Part shown: one piece after another, positions 1-9,412 of the stretch
How the letters are laid out: every line of letters starts with the position of its first letter
How positions within the stretch are numbered: the stretch's first letter is position 1
Assembly: GCA_036513415.1 (NCBI GenBank)
Contig: DATBZA010000033.1
Span: 5,344 to 69,343 of the forward strand
Source: Myxococcales bacterium
Lineage (GTDB): Bacteria; Myxococcota; Myxococcia; Myxococcales; 40CM-4-68-19
Direction of reading: 5' to 3'
DNA: 64,000 nt
Position numbers and translations under genes: made by a program
Notes under the pieces: model-generated
Database searches by the model: none
What the model saw: only the letters and a program-made list of their open reading frames with translations
What the model was told of the DNA's origin: nothing

Positions 1-396
1 CTACGCCCAGTTCTCCACGCGCAGACCCGCGATCCTGCCGAACTCTCGCTCATTGTTCGAGACGAGGATCAGCTTCCGCCCGAGCGCCTGCGCGGCGATC
101 AACGTGTCGAGCGGCCCGATAGGCGTGCCCGCGCGCTCCAGCTTCGCGCGGACGTTCGCATAGGAGGTGGCATCGCTCGAGGTGAACTCGACGATCGCCA
201 GAGGCCGGAGGAAATTCTCGACGAGGCGCAGGGTCTTCGCTGGCGAAGTGCTCTTCGCCGCGCCCGTACGCAGCTCGGCCTTGCTAATGATGCTGATTGC
301 GACATCTGCACGACTCCGCGAAAGCATCCGCTCCAACACGGCCGCTCTCTGCTTCAGGGCATAGATGCAGGTATCGGTATCGAGCAGGTACTTCAC
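1..396 (-). CDS. vapC: PIN-domain toxin of type II TA system
   Basis: MKYLLDTD N-terminus, PIGPLDTLIAAQA and SNNEREF motifs; 131 aa; overlaps upstream antitoxin by 4 nt. Confidence 0.93.
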   Translation of the reverse strand: MKYLLDTDTCIYALKQRAAVLERMLSRSRADVAISIISKAELRTGAAKSTSPAKTLRLVENFLRPLAIVEFTSSDATSYANVRAKLERAGTPIGPLDTLIAAQALGRKLILVSNNEREFGRIAGLRVENWA

Positions 397-632
397 TCGA
401 GCTCTTCTCGTTCCTCGGCTTCACCCTGCGGGGGCCTGCTGAAGTCCTCCGGCGCCCCGGCGAAGGACTCGACGTATCCTTCGGGCCACTCGTCGGCAGG
501 TTCCAGAACGAGCGCATTTCCCTCGCGCCGGACGAGCACGGTATCGACATCGAAGCGGAACTCCTTCGGCAGCCGAACGGCCTGGCTCCGACCTGTCCAG
601 AACACCTTGGCTCGCTTCGTTTTCTTCGCCAT
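393..632 (-). CDS. vapB: AbrB/SpoVT-type antitoxin (VapB/VagC-like)
   Basis: KVFWTGRSQAVRLPKEFRF motif; ATG at 632 chosen because it follows the promoter. Confidence 0.92.
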   Translation of the reverse strand: MAKKTKRAKVFWTGRSQAVRLPKEFRFDVDTVLVRREGNALVLEPADEWPEGYVESFAGAPEDFSRPPQGEAEEREELE

Positions 633-634
633 GA

Positions 635-672
635 TATGTATCAATGATACATACCGTACCCTGGCGCGTCAA
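635..672 (-). promoter_or_regulatory. sigma70-type promoter of vapBC overlapped by a palindromic operator
   Basis: Minus strand TTGACG(672-667)-17 nt-TATCAT(649-644); inverted repeat TATGTATCA-A-TGATACATA at 635-653. Confidence 0.8.
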
Positions 673-788
673 CCTGTTGCCCCTGCGAGCCGCGCGGCGA
701 ATCGGCGCGGCCGAAGAATGCGAATGATTCTAGGGTATTGCGTCTACTCGGCGGAGGCGATGTCGGACCCGACAGCCAAGCTGGCAAC

Positions 789-1202
789 ATGGAGAGCAAG
801 GAATCCCGCGAGCTCGTTGCCCCCGCGATACCGAAACGCATGTCCGACACGATCCTGGAGTACGCCCGGCCGATGATCGAACGGCTGCCGGACGACCACA
901 CGTTCGAGGAGTTGCGGGCGACGCTGGTGTTTGCGGCGGTCGTCTGGAACGTCGTCCTCGTCCCGGACATCCACAAGGCCGTCGCATACCTGAGCACGAA
1001 GATGCCGCCGCGGCTGCGAGTATCACCGCCGAAAGGACTGGCCGTGATCCGCAGGTTGCTCACACGGAAGGATCGTCACTTCAGCTCGGACGAACACTTC
1101 GTCGCTGCAATCGACGTTCATCGCGTGGACGGCAAGGCGCAGGTCACCGCGTTCGGCGTCTGCCCAGAGGCTTGGTGCTGCGGCCCGCAAGCAAGAGCGT
1201 GA
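789..1202 (+). CDS. hypothetical protein
   Basis: ORF fills the intergenic gap with coding-like composition (MSDTILEYARPMIERL...); start uncertain. Confidence 0.6.
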   Translation: MESKESRELVAPAIPKRMSDTILEYARPMIERLPDDHTFEELRATLVFAAVVWNVVLVPDIHKAVAYLSTKMPPRLRVSPPKGLAVIRRLLTRKDRHFSSDEHFVAAIDVHRVDGKAQVTAFGVCPEAWCCGPQARA

Positions 1203-1256
1203 CTCGCCCGCGAATCCTTTTCGGGTGACGTCGCGTCATACCTATGTTAGTCTACT

Positions 1257-1284
1257 TAACGCTGTTACCTACTAGACCAGCGTT
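1257..1284. promoter_or_regulatory. putative TetR operator
   Basis: TAAC-GCT-GTTA palindrome and AACGCTG...CAGCGTT inverted repeat just upstream of tetR. Confidence 0.45.
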
Positions 1285-1295
1285 CAGGAGGCTGC

Positions 1296-1913
1296 GTGGG
1301 TTCTGCGGAGCGCAGGCACAGGGAGAAGACGGAGCTGCGCGAGAAGATCCTCGCCACCGCCCGGGAGATGTTCGCGAGCGAAGGCGTAGAGGCGGTCACC
1401 ATGCGCAAGATCGCCGACCGCATCGAGTACTCCGCCACCGCCATCTACCAGTACTTCCCGGACAAGGAAGCGCTGCTTCGCGAGATCTGCGAACGCGACT
1501 TCACCGCGCTGGCCCAGCAGTCGCTGCGCGTCGCGCGCGAGCCCGATCCGGTGGAGCGGCTGCGCAAGCTGGGCCGTGCCTACGTGGAATTCGCCCTGGC
1601 GCATCCGAGCAGCTACCGACTGATGTTCATGACTCCCAAAGCCGCCGAGCCGAACCTGGAACGCCAGGGCGTCCCCGAGCGCGACGCGTACGCGCTCCTC
1701 CGCTCGGTGGTGCAGGAATGCATCGAGCAGGGACGCCTCGACAAGAAGTCCTGGGACGCGGAGCTGGTTGCGCAGACGCTCTGGGCGGGGGTGCACGGCC
1801 TCTGCGCTCTGGAGATCACGTTGGCCTGCGACAAATGGGTCCCCTGGCGATCCATCAAGGCCCGGTCGAACCACCTGCTCGACACCTTGCTCCACGGAAT
1901 CCTGCCCCGCTGA
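1296..1913 (+). CDS. TetR/AcrR family regulator
   Basis: ILATAREMFASEGVEAVTMRKIADRIEYSATAIYQYF HTH; AGGAGG RBS before GTG. Confidence 0.93.
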   Translation: MGSAERRHREKTELREKILATAREMFASEGVEAVTMRKIADRIEYSATAIYQYFPDKEALLREICERDFTALAQQSLRVAREPDPVERLRKLGRAYVEFALAHPSSYRLMFMTPKAAEPNLERQGVPERDAYALLRSVVQECIEQGRLDKKSWDAELVAQTLWAGVHGLCALEITLACDKWVPWRSIKARSNHLLDTLLHGILPR

Positions 1914-1921
1914 GGCGCGCC

Positions 1922-3049
1922 ATGGTCGATCTCGCTCTCAAGACGCTCCTGCACGACCGCACCCGGTTCGCCATCACCGTCGCCGGCGTGGCCTTCGCGG
2001 TGCTCCTGGTGCTGTTCCAGGTTGGCTTGTTCCTCGGCCTGCTCGACAACGCCTCGGTCACCATCGAGCACATCGACGCCGACCTCTGGGTCACCTCGAA
2101 GAACACTCCCAACGTGGACTTCAGCCATGCCTTTCCGGAGTCGCGCGTCGAGCGCGTCCGCTCGATTCCCGGTATCGAGCGCGCCGACAACCTGATCGTC
2201 AGCTTCCTCAACATCGACCTGCCCAGCGGCGCGCAGGAGGGAATCATCGCTTATGCGCTGGAAGACTTCTCGCGCTGGGGCATTCCCTGGGGGAGATGGG
2301 AGGGCGAGCTCTCCGACCTGCGCCGGGGCGATTACCTCTTCCTCGACGAGAGCGCGACGAAGCGTTTCGGCCCCTTCGAGGTCGGCGAGTACCGGGAAGT
2401 GAACCGCGAGCGGCTCCGCATCATCGGGCGCACGCGCGAGGCGAAAAGCTTCACCACCACCCCGATGGCATTCATGGACTTCCGCCTCGCGCAGCGCCTG
2501 AACGGGCAGACGTTGCGCGGCAACACTACCTACATCCTCGTCAAGCTCGCCCCCGGAGCGGACGCAAATGCCGTCACCGGCGAGATCCGCCGGCGCCTGC
2601 CCTACAACGATGTGCACACGCGCGCGGCGTGGGCCTCCAAGTCGCGCAGCTACTGGGTGACGAACACCGGCCTGGGGTTCAACCTTTTCATCACCGTCTT
2701 CCTCGGCTGCCTGGTCGGCATCGTGGTCGTGGCCCAGACGCTCTACACCTCGACGATGGAGCACCTGAAGGAGTTCGGCACGGTCAAGGCGATCGGCGGC
2801 ACCAACCGGGACATCTACACCATCCTCACCCGGCAGGCGGGCGTCTCGGCGCTGATCGGGTACGTGCTCGGGGCGATCCCCGCGTTGCTCATCCGGCCCG
2901 TCGTCGCCGGCGCGGGCCTGAAGCTCATCCTGCAGCCTTCGTTCATGGCGGCGGTGCTGGTGGGCACCCTGGTGTTCTGCGTCGCCGCCTCGTTGCTCTC
3001 GTTCACCAAGGTGGCCCGGATCGATCCTGGCCTGGTCTTCCGCGGATAG
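1922..3049 (+). CDS. ABC exporter permease (MacB/FtsX/DevC-like)
   Basis: MVDLALKTLLHDRTRF, N-terminal TM, periplasmic domain, EFGTVKAIG, three C-terminal TMs. Confidence 0.9.
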   Translation: MVDLALKTLLHDRTRFAITVAGVAFAVLLVLFQVGLFLGLLDNASVTIEHIDADLWVTSKNTPNVDFSHAFPESRVERVRSIPGIERADNLIVSFLNIDLPSGAQEGIIAYALEDFSRWGIPWGRWEGELSDLRRGDYLFLDESATKRFGPFEVGEYREVNRERLRIIGRTREAKSFTTTPMAFMDFRLAQRLNGQTLRGNTTYILVKLAPGADANAVTGEIRRRLPYNDVHTRAAWASKSRSYWVTNTGLGFNLFITVFLGCLVGIVVVAQTLYTSTMEHLKEFGTVKAIGGTNRDIYTILTRQAGVSALIGYVLGAIPALLIRPVVAGAGLKLILQPSFMAAVLVGTLVFCVAASLLSFTKVARIDPGLVFRG

Positions 3050-3058
3050 GACACTCCC

Positions 3059-3748
3059 ATGCCCGTGCTGACGGCTCGTGAAGTGGTGAAGACGTTCCAG
3101 GAAGGACGCGAAGAAGTCCACGTGCTGCGGGGCGTGTCGCTCGACCTGCACCCCGGCGAAGTGGTGGCGCTCGAGGGCCCGTCGGGGTCGGGGAAGACCA
3201 CCTTGCTCTCGATCCTCGGTTGCATCCTCACCGCGACGCGCGGCGAGGTCACGGTCGACGGCGTGCGCATCGATCCCGCCCGCCCCGAGCGCCTTCCAGC
3301 CGTGCGGCGCAAGAGCATCGGTTTCGTCTTCCAGCAGTTCAATCTGTTCCCTGCCCTCACCGCGGTGGAGAACGTCGAGTACGCGCTCAACGTGAAGGGG
3401 ATTCGCGGGCCCGAGGCGCGCAAGGAAGCGGACGCGCTCATCGACGCAGTGGGTCTCTCCGACCGCCGCGACTTCCTCCCCCGCGATCTCTCGGGCGGGC
3501 AGAAACAGCGCATCGCCATCGCCCGGGCACTTTGCAACAGCCCCGCGGTGCTGCTGGCCGATGAGCCCACGGCCAACCTCGACTCGCAGGTCGGCAGCCA
3601 GGTGCTGGAGCTGTTTCGCGGGCTGGCCCGCCGGCAGAACCGCGCCCTGCTCATCGTCACCCATGACCCGCGGGTGCGCGCCGTCTGTGATCGGGTGCTG
3701 CACATCGCCGACGGAAAGCTGCTCCCCGAATCGCGCATCGCCGCATGA
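3059..3748 (+). CDS. ABC exporter ATP-binding protein (LolD/DevA-like)
   Basis: GPSGSGKT, LSGGQKQR, LLADEPT, VTHD. Confidence 0.95.
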   Translation: MPVLTAREVVKTFQEGREEVHVLRGVSLDLHPGEVVALEGPSGSGKTTLLSILGCILTATRGEVTVDGVRIDPARPERLPAVRRKSIGFVFQQFNLFPALTAVENVEYALNVKGIRGPEARKEADALIDAVGLSDRRDFLPRDLSGGQKQRIAIARALCNSPAVLLADEPTANLDSQVGSQVLELFRGLARRQNRALLIVTHDPRVRAVCDRVLHIADGKLLPESRIAA

Positions 3749-3773
3749 GCTCTTCTGCAAGGAGGAAGTCGCC

Positions 3774-4715
3774 ATGAAGTCCCGAACCATCACCGTCCTG
3801 TCCGCCCTCGGCGCCGCCGCCGCGCTCGCCCTTGCCTGGGTCTCCGCTCCGGCCCGGGCACAGAAGCCAACAGCCTTGCCCGCCCCCGCAACGATCCGCG
3901 CCGAGGGCCGGCTCGAGGCGGAGCCGGGTGCCCACGTCGTCGTCGGCACCGAAATGGCTGGCACCATCGTGCTCCTCGCCGTCAAGGACCGTCAGGAAGT
4001 GAAGAAGGGACAGGTCCTGGTGGAGCTGCGGGCGGACGAGCAGCGGGCCGCGCTGCTGGAGATGGAAGCGCAGCGGCGCCTCGCGCTGACGGATGAGAAG
4101 CAGGGTCTGGCGGAGGAACGCGCCGCCCTGGCCGGTCTCAAGCTGGCGGAAACGCAGCTGCGGCGAGCGCAACATCTCGCTGCGAACGGGACGGTGGCGC
4201 AGGAACAGCTGGACCGGGCGCAGCGCGACCACGACGATGCGGAAGCGCGGCTCGACCAGTCCCGCGCGCGCACCGCCGGCGCGCTGGCGAGAGCTTCAGC
4301 GGCGCAGGCTGGCGCGGAGCGGCTGCGCGCGGTCGTCCAGCGGGCGCGGATCGTCTCGCCCATCGACGGCGTCGTGCTCGCCCATCACGCGGAGGAGGGC
4401 GAGACAGTGACCTCGGGGGCGGCGCTGGTGACGGTGGCGGACCTGCGGCGCACGCGGGTCGAGGCGGAAGTGGACGAGTTCGACTCGCCGGCGCTGCGCG
4501 AAGGGGCCGAGGTGGCGCTGAGCATCGAAGGACTCCCCGGAAGGTCGTTCCGCGGCCGCGTGTCCGAGATCCCCGACGAGGTGGTGCCGCGGCAGCTGAA
4601 GCCGGAAGACCCGGGGCGACCCTCGAACACTCGTGTCGTGCGCGCGAAGATTACGCTGGTCGACAGAGCACCGCTTCGCCTCGGGCAGCGGGTCGAGGTC
4701 GCGATCGCCCGCTGA
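3774..4715 (+). CDS. HlyD-family periplasmic adaptor subunit
   Basis: Signal/TM, lipoyl halves (VKKGQVLVEL; IVSPIDGVV), coiled coil; AGGAGG RBS. Confidence 0.9.
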   Translation: MKSRTITVLSALGAAAALALAWVSAPARAQKPTALPAPATIRAEGRLEAEPGAHVVVGTEMAGTIVLLAVKDRQEVKKGQVLVELRADEQRAALLEMEAQRRLALTDEKQGLAEERAALAGLKLAETQLRRAQHLAANGTVAQEQLDRAQRDHDDAEARLDQSRARTAGALARASAAQAGAERLRAVVQRARIVSPIDGVVLAHHAEEGETVTSGAALVTVADLRRTRVEAEVDEFDSPALREGAEVALSIEGLPGRSFRGRVSEIPDEVVPRQLKPEDPGRPSNTRVVRAKITLVDRAPLRLGQRVEVAIAR

Positions 4716-4728
4716 CTCGGCCGAGACG

Positions 4729-5985
4729 TCAGGAGAATGCCGCTGCCGCGGCCGCGCGCCGCGCGAAGAACTGCTCCTCCGCCGCGCTTCGCGCCAGCCG
4801 CTGCGCCTCCTGGAAGCGCTCAGCGGCTTTCTCGCGCTCGCCGAGGCGCGAATGGAGCTCCCCGAAAGCAGCCGCGTAGAAGGGGTACGCAGCCAGCTTG
4901 TCCCGCTGCGCGATCGCCTCGAGCTCTTCCAGCCCCCGGCGCGCCCCGAACGCCATCCCGAAGGCGATCGCGCGGCTCAGCGCCACGACCGGCGAGGGTC
5001 GCAGCGCGAAGAGCGATTCGTACAGGCGCGCGACCTGCGCCCAGTCGGTCTCCTCTACGCTCCTGGCCCGGCAATGAAGCGCCGCGATCGCCGCTTCGAA
5101 ATGGAACGCGCTCGGCACCTCGCCCGCTGCGGCGCGCCCGAGAAACCCGAGCCCCTGCTCGATCAGCTCCCTGTCCCAGCGCGAGCGGTCCTGCTCGCCG
5201 AGCGGTACGAGCTCGCCTCCCTCGATGCGCGTCTCGATCCTCGCCGCGTGAAAACACATCAGCGCGATCAGTGCGTAGCTCTTCGGCGTCGCCGCCGCCG
5301 GCAGCTCGACGAGCCGCAGCGCGAGCCGCAGAGCCTCGTAGCAGAGCTCTTTGCGCACCACCGTGTTGGGATGCGCGCCGTGGTAGCCCTCGTTGAAGAG
5401 CAGATGCAGCGCGTCGTGCACGGTATCGAGCCGAGCCAGAACCTCGCCGGCCGAGCGTATGTCGAACAGCACGCCGCGCCGTGCGAGCGACTCCCGCGCG
5501 CGGACCAGCCGCTTCTCGATCGCCGCCTCCGAGGCGAGAAATGCCTGCGCGATCTCCCCGATGCCGAAACCGCACGGATACCGCAGGATGATCGCGAGCT
5601 GCGAGTCCGGGCTCAGGGCGGGATCGCAGCAGGAGAACATGAGCCGCAGATCGTCGTCCTCGATCGCGTGCTCGTCGAAGAGCGCATCGATGGCCGGCAG
5701 GAGCGTCCACTCGGATTGAAGCTCGGGAGCGACGCGCCCCTGGAGCGCCCCGCGCCGCACCAGGTCGATGGCGCGGTTCTTCGCCGCGCGCATCAGCCAG
5801 GCAGGCGGGTTGTCTGGCACCCGCCCGTACTTCCACGCCTCGAGCGCGGTGCAGAGGACGTCCTGCACCGCGTCCTCGGCCAGCGCGAGGTTCTGCGTCC
5901 CCAGCGCGCGGACCAGCGCCGCGACCATCCTGCCCGCTTCACGCCGGAAGAGGTGGTCGACGAGCTGTGGAGCGGATTCGCTCAC
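4729..5985 (-). CDS. ECF sigma factor with C-terminal TPR extension (ECF42-like)
   Basis: LAEDAVQD...WLMRAAKNRAID, DDDLRLMFSCCDPAL, LLFNEGY, DRSRWDRELI, PSPVVALSRA; GTG overlaps the yciI stop. Confidence 0.9.
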   Translation of the reverse strand: MSESAPQLVDHLFRREAGRMVAALVRALGTQNLALAEDAVQDVLCTALEAWKYGRVPDNPPAWLMRAAKNRAIDLVRRGALQGRVAPELQSEWTLLPAIDALFDEHAIEDDDLRLMFSCCDPALSPDSQLAIILRYPCGFGIGEIAQAFLASEAAIEKRLVRARESLARRGVLFDIRSAGEVLARLDTVHDALHLLFNEGYHGAHPNTVVRKELCYEALRLALRLVELPAAATPKSYALIALMCFHAARIETRIEGGELVPLGEQDRSRWDRELIEQGLGFLGRAAAGEVPSAFHFEAAIAALHCRARSVEETDWAQVARLYESLFALRPSPVVALSRAIAFGMAFGARRGLEELEAIAQRDKLAAYPFYAAAFGELHSRLGEREKAAERFQEAQRLARSAAEEQFFARRAAAAAAFS

Positions 5986-6326
5986 GTTTCCAGCGCCCGC
6001 ACCGGGCGCACTTCGACGCTCCAGTCGCCATCGAGGGCTGGGCATCCGCGGGCGAGCTCGACCGCCTCGTCGATCGAGCGGGCGGTAATCACCGTGTATC
6101 CGCCGACCAGGTCCTTTGCCTCGGCGTACGGCGCATCGGTGACCGTCCTCTTCGGCCCGCGCACGGTCTTGCCGCCGTGCTCGAGCGGATCGCCGGCGCC
6201 GTGGAAATGGCCCTTCTTCGTCAGGGTGTCCATCCACGCCATCCAGGTCTTCATCATCTGCTGCATCTGCTCGGGCGTGCTCTGGGTCGGAGGGTTGCCG
6301 CGGAAGAGGAAAATGAACTTTGCCAT
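5982..6326 (-). CDS. YciI/DGPF family protein
   Basis: VTDAPYAEAKDLVGGY...VEVRPV; coupled to the ECF gene. Confidence 0.9.
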   Translation of the reverse strand: MAKFIFLFRGNPPTQSTPEQMQQMMKTWMAWMDTLTKKGHFHGAGDPLEHGGKTVRGPKRTVTDAPYAEAKDLVGGYTVITARSIDEAVELARGCPALDGDWSVEVRPVRALET

Positions 6327-6367
6327 CGTGTTCTCCTTACCTCCGGGTTTGTGGAGGTTACCTCAAC

Positions 6368-6394
6368 GACGAACGAGCGCGACAGACCCGGACA
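6368..6394 (-). promoter_or_regulatory. ECF42-type promoter of the yciI-sigma operon
   Basis: TGTCCG-17 nt-CGTC on minus strand upstream of yciI. Confidence 0.65.
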
Positions 6395-6399
6395 TGGGT

Positions 6400-7353
6400 C
6401 TAGGAACGGAACCGATCGAATGTCTCGAGGACGAGGCCCGACGCCTCGAACGCCGCGTCGACCGCGGCGACGAAGCGCTCCGTGTCGCTCGGAGCGGAGG
6501 CGAGCTCGGCGAGCGGATCGGAACGATCGAGGAGGCGATCCAGGTCGGCGATGCTGAACGCGTCCGGATCGCTGGTCTCGATCTCGGACCAGGTCAGCGG
6601 CGTCGCCACCGTGGCGCGCGGCCGCGCGCGGAGCGAGTACGGCGCGATCACGGTCGCGATCGGGCTGTTCCGCAGCCAATCGATGAAGACGCGCCCACCC
6701 CGCAACGCTATGCGGAACACGATGGTGAGCTCTTCTCCGTGCTTGGTCGCGAGGAGCGCAGAGAATTTCTGGAGCGTGACGGCGATCGTCTCGCTCGAAG
6801 CCGACGGGCGGATCGGCGATACGACGTGATAGCCCTTCGACCCCGTCGCGACCGGCACGCTCGCCAGGCCGTGCTCGGCGAGCTCATCGCGGACGATGTA
6901 CGCCGCGCGCCGGACGCCCGCGAACGGGCCGGGCGGCGGGTCGAGATCGATGACCAGGCGATCCGGGTGGACGAGATCGGCAGCGCGCGACGTCGGGACG
7001 TGGAGCTCGATCGCACCCTGGTTCGCGAGGTACGCGAGATGTTCAGGCTGGCGCACGACGGGATAGACCGTGAAGTCCTGGTCCTTGCCTCCCTTGCTCG
7101 GGTGCTTTTTCGACGCCGCGCGGCTCCGCGGCACGGCGAAGCGCTCGATCGACTCCGGGTAATGATCAGGGACGTTCTTCTGGAAGAACCCGGGCGCGCC
7201 GAGCCCCTTCGGGTAGCGGCGAATGGAGAGAGGACGACCCAAGACGTGCGGCAGCGCGCGAGATGCGATCCGCTCGTAGTACGCGACGACGTCGCCCTTG
7301 GTCCGGCCGATCTCCGGGAAGACGACGCGGTCCGGGTTCGAGACTTCCAGCAT
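6400..7353 (-). CDS. stand-alone LigD polymerase (primase-polymerase) domain protein
   Basis: SNPDRVVFP..TKGDVVAYY, RRYPKG, FFQKN, DRLVIDLDP, TGSKGYHV, FIDWLRN, APYSLRAR. Confidence 0.9.
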   Translation of the reverse strand: MLEVSNPDRVVFPEIGRTKGDVVAYYERIASRALPHVLGRPLSIRRYPKGLGAPGFFQKNVPDHYPESIERFAVPRSRAASKKHPSKGGKDQDFTVYPVVRQPEHLAYLANQGAIELHVPTSRAADLVHPDRLVIDLDPPPGPFAGVRRAAYIVRDELAEHGLASVPVATGSKGYHVVSPIRPSASSETIAVTLQKFSALLATKHGEELTIVFRIALRGGRVFIDWLRNSPIATVIAPYSLRARPRATVATPLTWSEIETSDPDAFSIADLDRLLDRSDPLAELASAPSDTERFVAAVDAAFEASGLVLETFDRFRS

Positions 7354-7434
7354 TCTCCGTCCCGTCACGTCCGATGACGCGGCGCGTCCCGCCCCGGGAC
7401 GAGTTCGAGAACCTGATGGGCGGTGCGCAAAGAG

Positions 7435-7863
7435 TCAGCCCTCCAGCGCCTCGATGTCATTTGCTGCCAGCCAGGCGCGAAGCCGGCCATTGACCCGCTC
7501 CTCCTGGAAACGGAACCACCGGTCGCGTTCCTGCGGGGCTCGGATGAGCACGTCCTTGAAACGGCGGAACGCGCCCTTGCCTGCGATCGCGACATCGAGC
7601 AGGTCTCGCAGACTGGAGTCGGCTACCGTGGCGATGAACTCCTCCATGTCACGGTACCCCTCGTGCGGATCCTCCGGGTCGATGCCGAGGAACCGGCCGG
7701 TCTCGTCCTCCTCGATTTCCTCGATGGAGAGCGGCAACTCGTCGTCCTCGGCGAGCCGGAGCACTGCGCCGGTCTCGGTATCGAGGACCCACGAATACTC
7801 ACTGGTCCGGTCGTCGAATGCCCAGCGCAGCTCTTCCAGGGCGATGCGCAGCTTCTTCGCCAT
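7435..7863 (-). CDS. UPF0158 family protein
   Basis: LDTETGAV, GYRDMEEFI, AIAGKGAFRRFKDVL, W..F motif. Confidence 0.85.
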   Translation of the reverse strand: MAKKLRIALEELRWAFDDRTSEYSWVLDTETGAVLRLAEDDELPLSIEEIEEDETGRFLGIDPEDPHEGYRDMEEFIATVADSSLRDLLDVAIAGKGAFRRFKDVLIRAPQERDRWFRFQEERVNGRLRAWLAANDIEALEG

Positions 7864-7967
7864 GAAACGACCTTTTACACCGGAACGCGGCAATCAGGAC
7901 TTGCGGCGAGAGGAGAATGGCGACAGAACCCTTGCTGATGCGACCTCTCCGCTGGTCGAGGGACTGA

Positions 7968-8540
7968 TTGGCCCGGACGCCTGAGTTCGACCAGGAGCAA
8001 GTGCTGGACGCGGCGCTGCACGCGTTCTGGCGAAAGGGCTACGAGGCGACCACGCTTTCCGACCTGCTCGAGGCCACCGGCCTGGCGCGGCAGAGCCTGT
8101 ACAACACGTTCGGCGACAAGCGCGCGCTGTTCCTTGCCAGCCTGCGGCGCTACGCGGACGTCGGAATCGGCAGGTTGTCCGAGGCGCTCGAAGGAGGATC
8201 GGTGCGGGCTGCCATCCGCGGAGTCTTCGATGATGCGCTGAACTGCTCCGATCGCGACCAAGGGTGCTTCTTGGTGAACGCCGCCACAGAGCTCCTGCCG
8301 CGCGACGCAGAAGTCGGTCGGCTGGTTGCATCGACGCTGGCTCGGCAGGAACGCGCGCTGGCCGAGGCGCTGCGCCGCGGCGTGAGAGAAGGCGAATTGC
8401 ACCTGACGCCGAATCGCATCGAGCAGACCGCCCGTTTCCTGGTCGGCGCGCTGCAGGGCCTGCGCGTGATGGTCAAGGCGATGCCCGGGTCGGCCGCCCT
8501 GCGGGACATGGTGGCTGTGACGCTCCGTGCCATCGACTGA
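7968..8540 (+). CDS. TetR family regulator (NemR/ComR-like)
   Basis: MARTPEFD...FWRKGYEATTLSDLLEATGLARQSLYNTFGDK; GCFLVN. Confidence 0.92.
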   Translation: MARTPEFDQEQVLDAALHAFWRKGYEATTLSDLLEATGLARQSLYNTFGDKRALFLASLRRYADVGIGRLSEALEGGSVRAAIRGVFDDALNCSDRDQGCFLVNAATELLPRDAEVGRLVASTLARQERALAEALRRGVREGELHLTPNRIEQTARFLVGALQGLRVMVKAMPGSAALRDMVAVTLRAID

Positions 8541-8554
8541 AGCACTCCCGATTC

Positions 8555-8615
8555 TAGACCGATGAGTCCATTTCGCACCGGCGGCATCCCAAGCCATACT
8601 AGACCGCATGGTCTA
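8555..8615. promoter_or_regulatory. two TetR (NemR-type) operators upstream of SDR
   Basis: TAGACC-GCAT-GGTCTA at 8600-8615 and degenerate TAGACC-GATG-AGTCCA at 8555-8570. Confidence 0.7.
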
Positions 8616-8633
8616 CAATGACAGGAGTGTCAC

Positions 8634-9383
8634 ATGGGTAAGCTGTCGGGCAAGGTGGCAGTTATTACGGGTGGAACGACGGGGATCGGGCTGGCTACGG
8701 CGCGGCTTTTCGCCGCAGAGGGCGCGAAGGTGATCGTTACCGGGCGCAACCCGGACACCGTGGCTGCGGCACGCAAGGAGCTGTCGCGGGTGGCAGAGGT
8801 GGTGCAGTCGGATGCGGGCGACTCCGCACAGGTGCGCAAGCTCTTCGAGGATATCGGCCGCGCGCATGGAAGGATTGACGTCCTCTTCCTCAACGCGGGG
8901 ATCGCGAAGTTCGCTCCTCTCGCCGACTCGGAAGAGGAACTCTTCGACCATACTATCCAGGTCAACTTGAAAGGGCCATTCCTGGCGCTCCGGGCGGCAC
9001 TACCGCTCCTGGGCAAGGGAGCGTCGGTGATCGTGAACACATCCGTCGTGTCGGAGCGAGCCTTTGCGGGCGCGGCCGTCTATTCGGCGAGCAAAGCCGG
9101 GTTGGCCGCCCTCGCCAGGGGCGCCGCGATTGAGCTGGCGGCGCGGGGCGTGCGCGTCAATGTCGTGAGGCCTGGGCCGATCACCACCCCGATCCTCGAG
9201 AAGATGGGTCTGTCGGCCGAGGCGCGCGATGCCTTCGTGCAGGGCGCAACCGAGCGCATCCCGCTGGGACGAATCGGTGCCGCCGTCGATGTCGCGCAGG
9301 CCGCGCTCTTCCTGGCCAGCGACGACGCCGCGTTCGTCACCGGGCACGAGCTGTCGGTGGATGGCGGCTTGCTCGCCGCCTGA
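8634..9383 (+). CDS. SDR family oxidoreductase
   Basis: TGGTTGIG, NAGI, YSASK. Confidence 0.95.
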   Translation: MGKLSGKVAVITGGTTGIGLATARLFAAEGAKVIVTGRNPDTVAAARKELSRVAEVVQSDAGDSAQVRKLFEDIGRAHGRIDVLFLNAGIAKFAPLADSEEELFDHTIQVNLKGPFLALRAALPLLGKGASVIVNTSVVSERAFAGAAVYSASKAGLAALARGAAIELAARGVRVNVVRPGPITTPILEKMGLSAEARDAFVQGATERIPLGRIGAAVDVAQAALFLASDDAAFVTGHELSVDGGLLAA

Positions 9384-9412
9384 CCGCCCTCGGCAGCTAA
9401 CGCGGGCGCGGA

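Noticed and set aside
1244..3049. 601-aa ORF suggesting a long N-terminal extension on the permease
   Set aside because: The extension is an alternate frame over tetR; the real start is 1922
4633..7377. 914-aa plus-strand ORF (and similar long ORFs at 1613..3985, 44074..46539, 43910..45517)
   Set aside because: Antisense or off-frame shadows of motif-bearing genes, expected in GC-rich DNA
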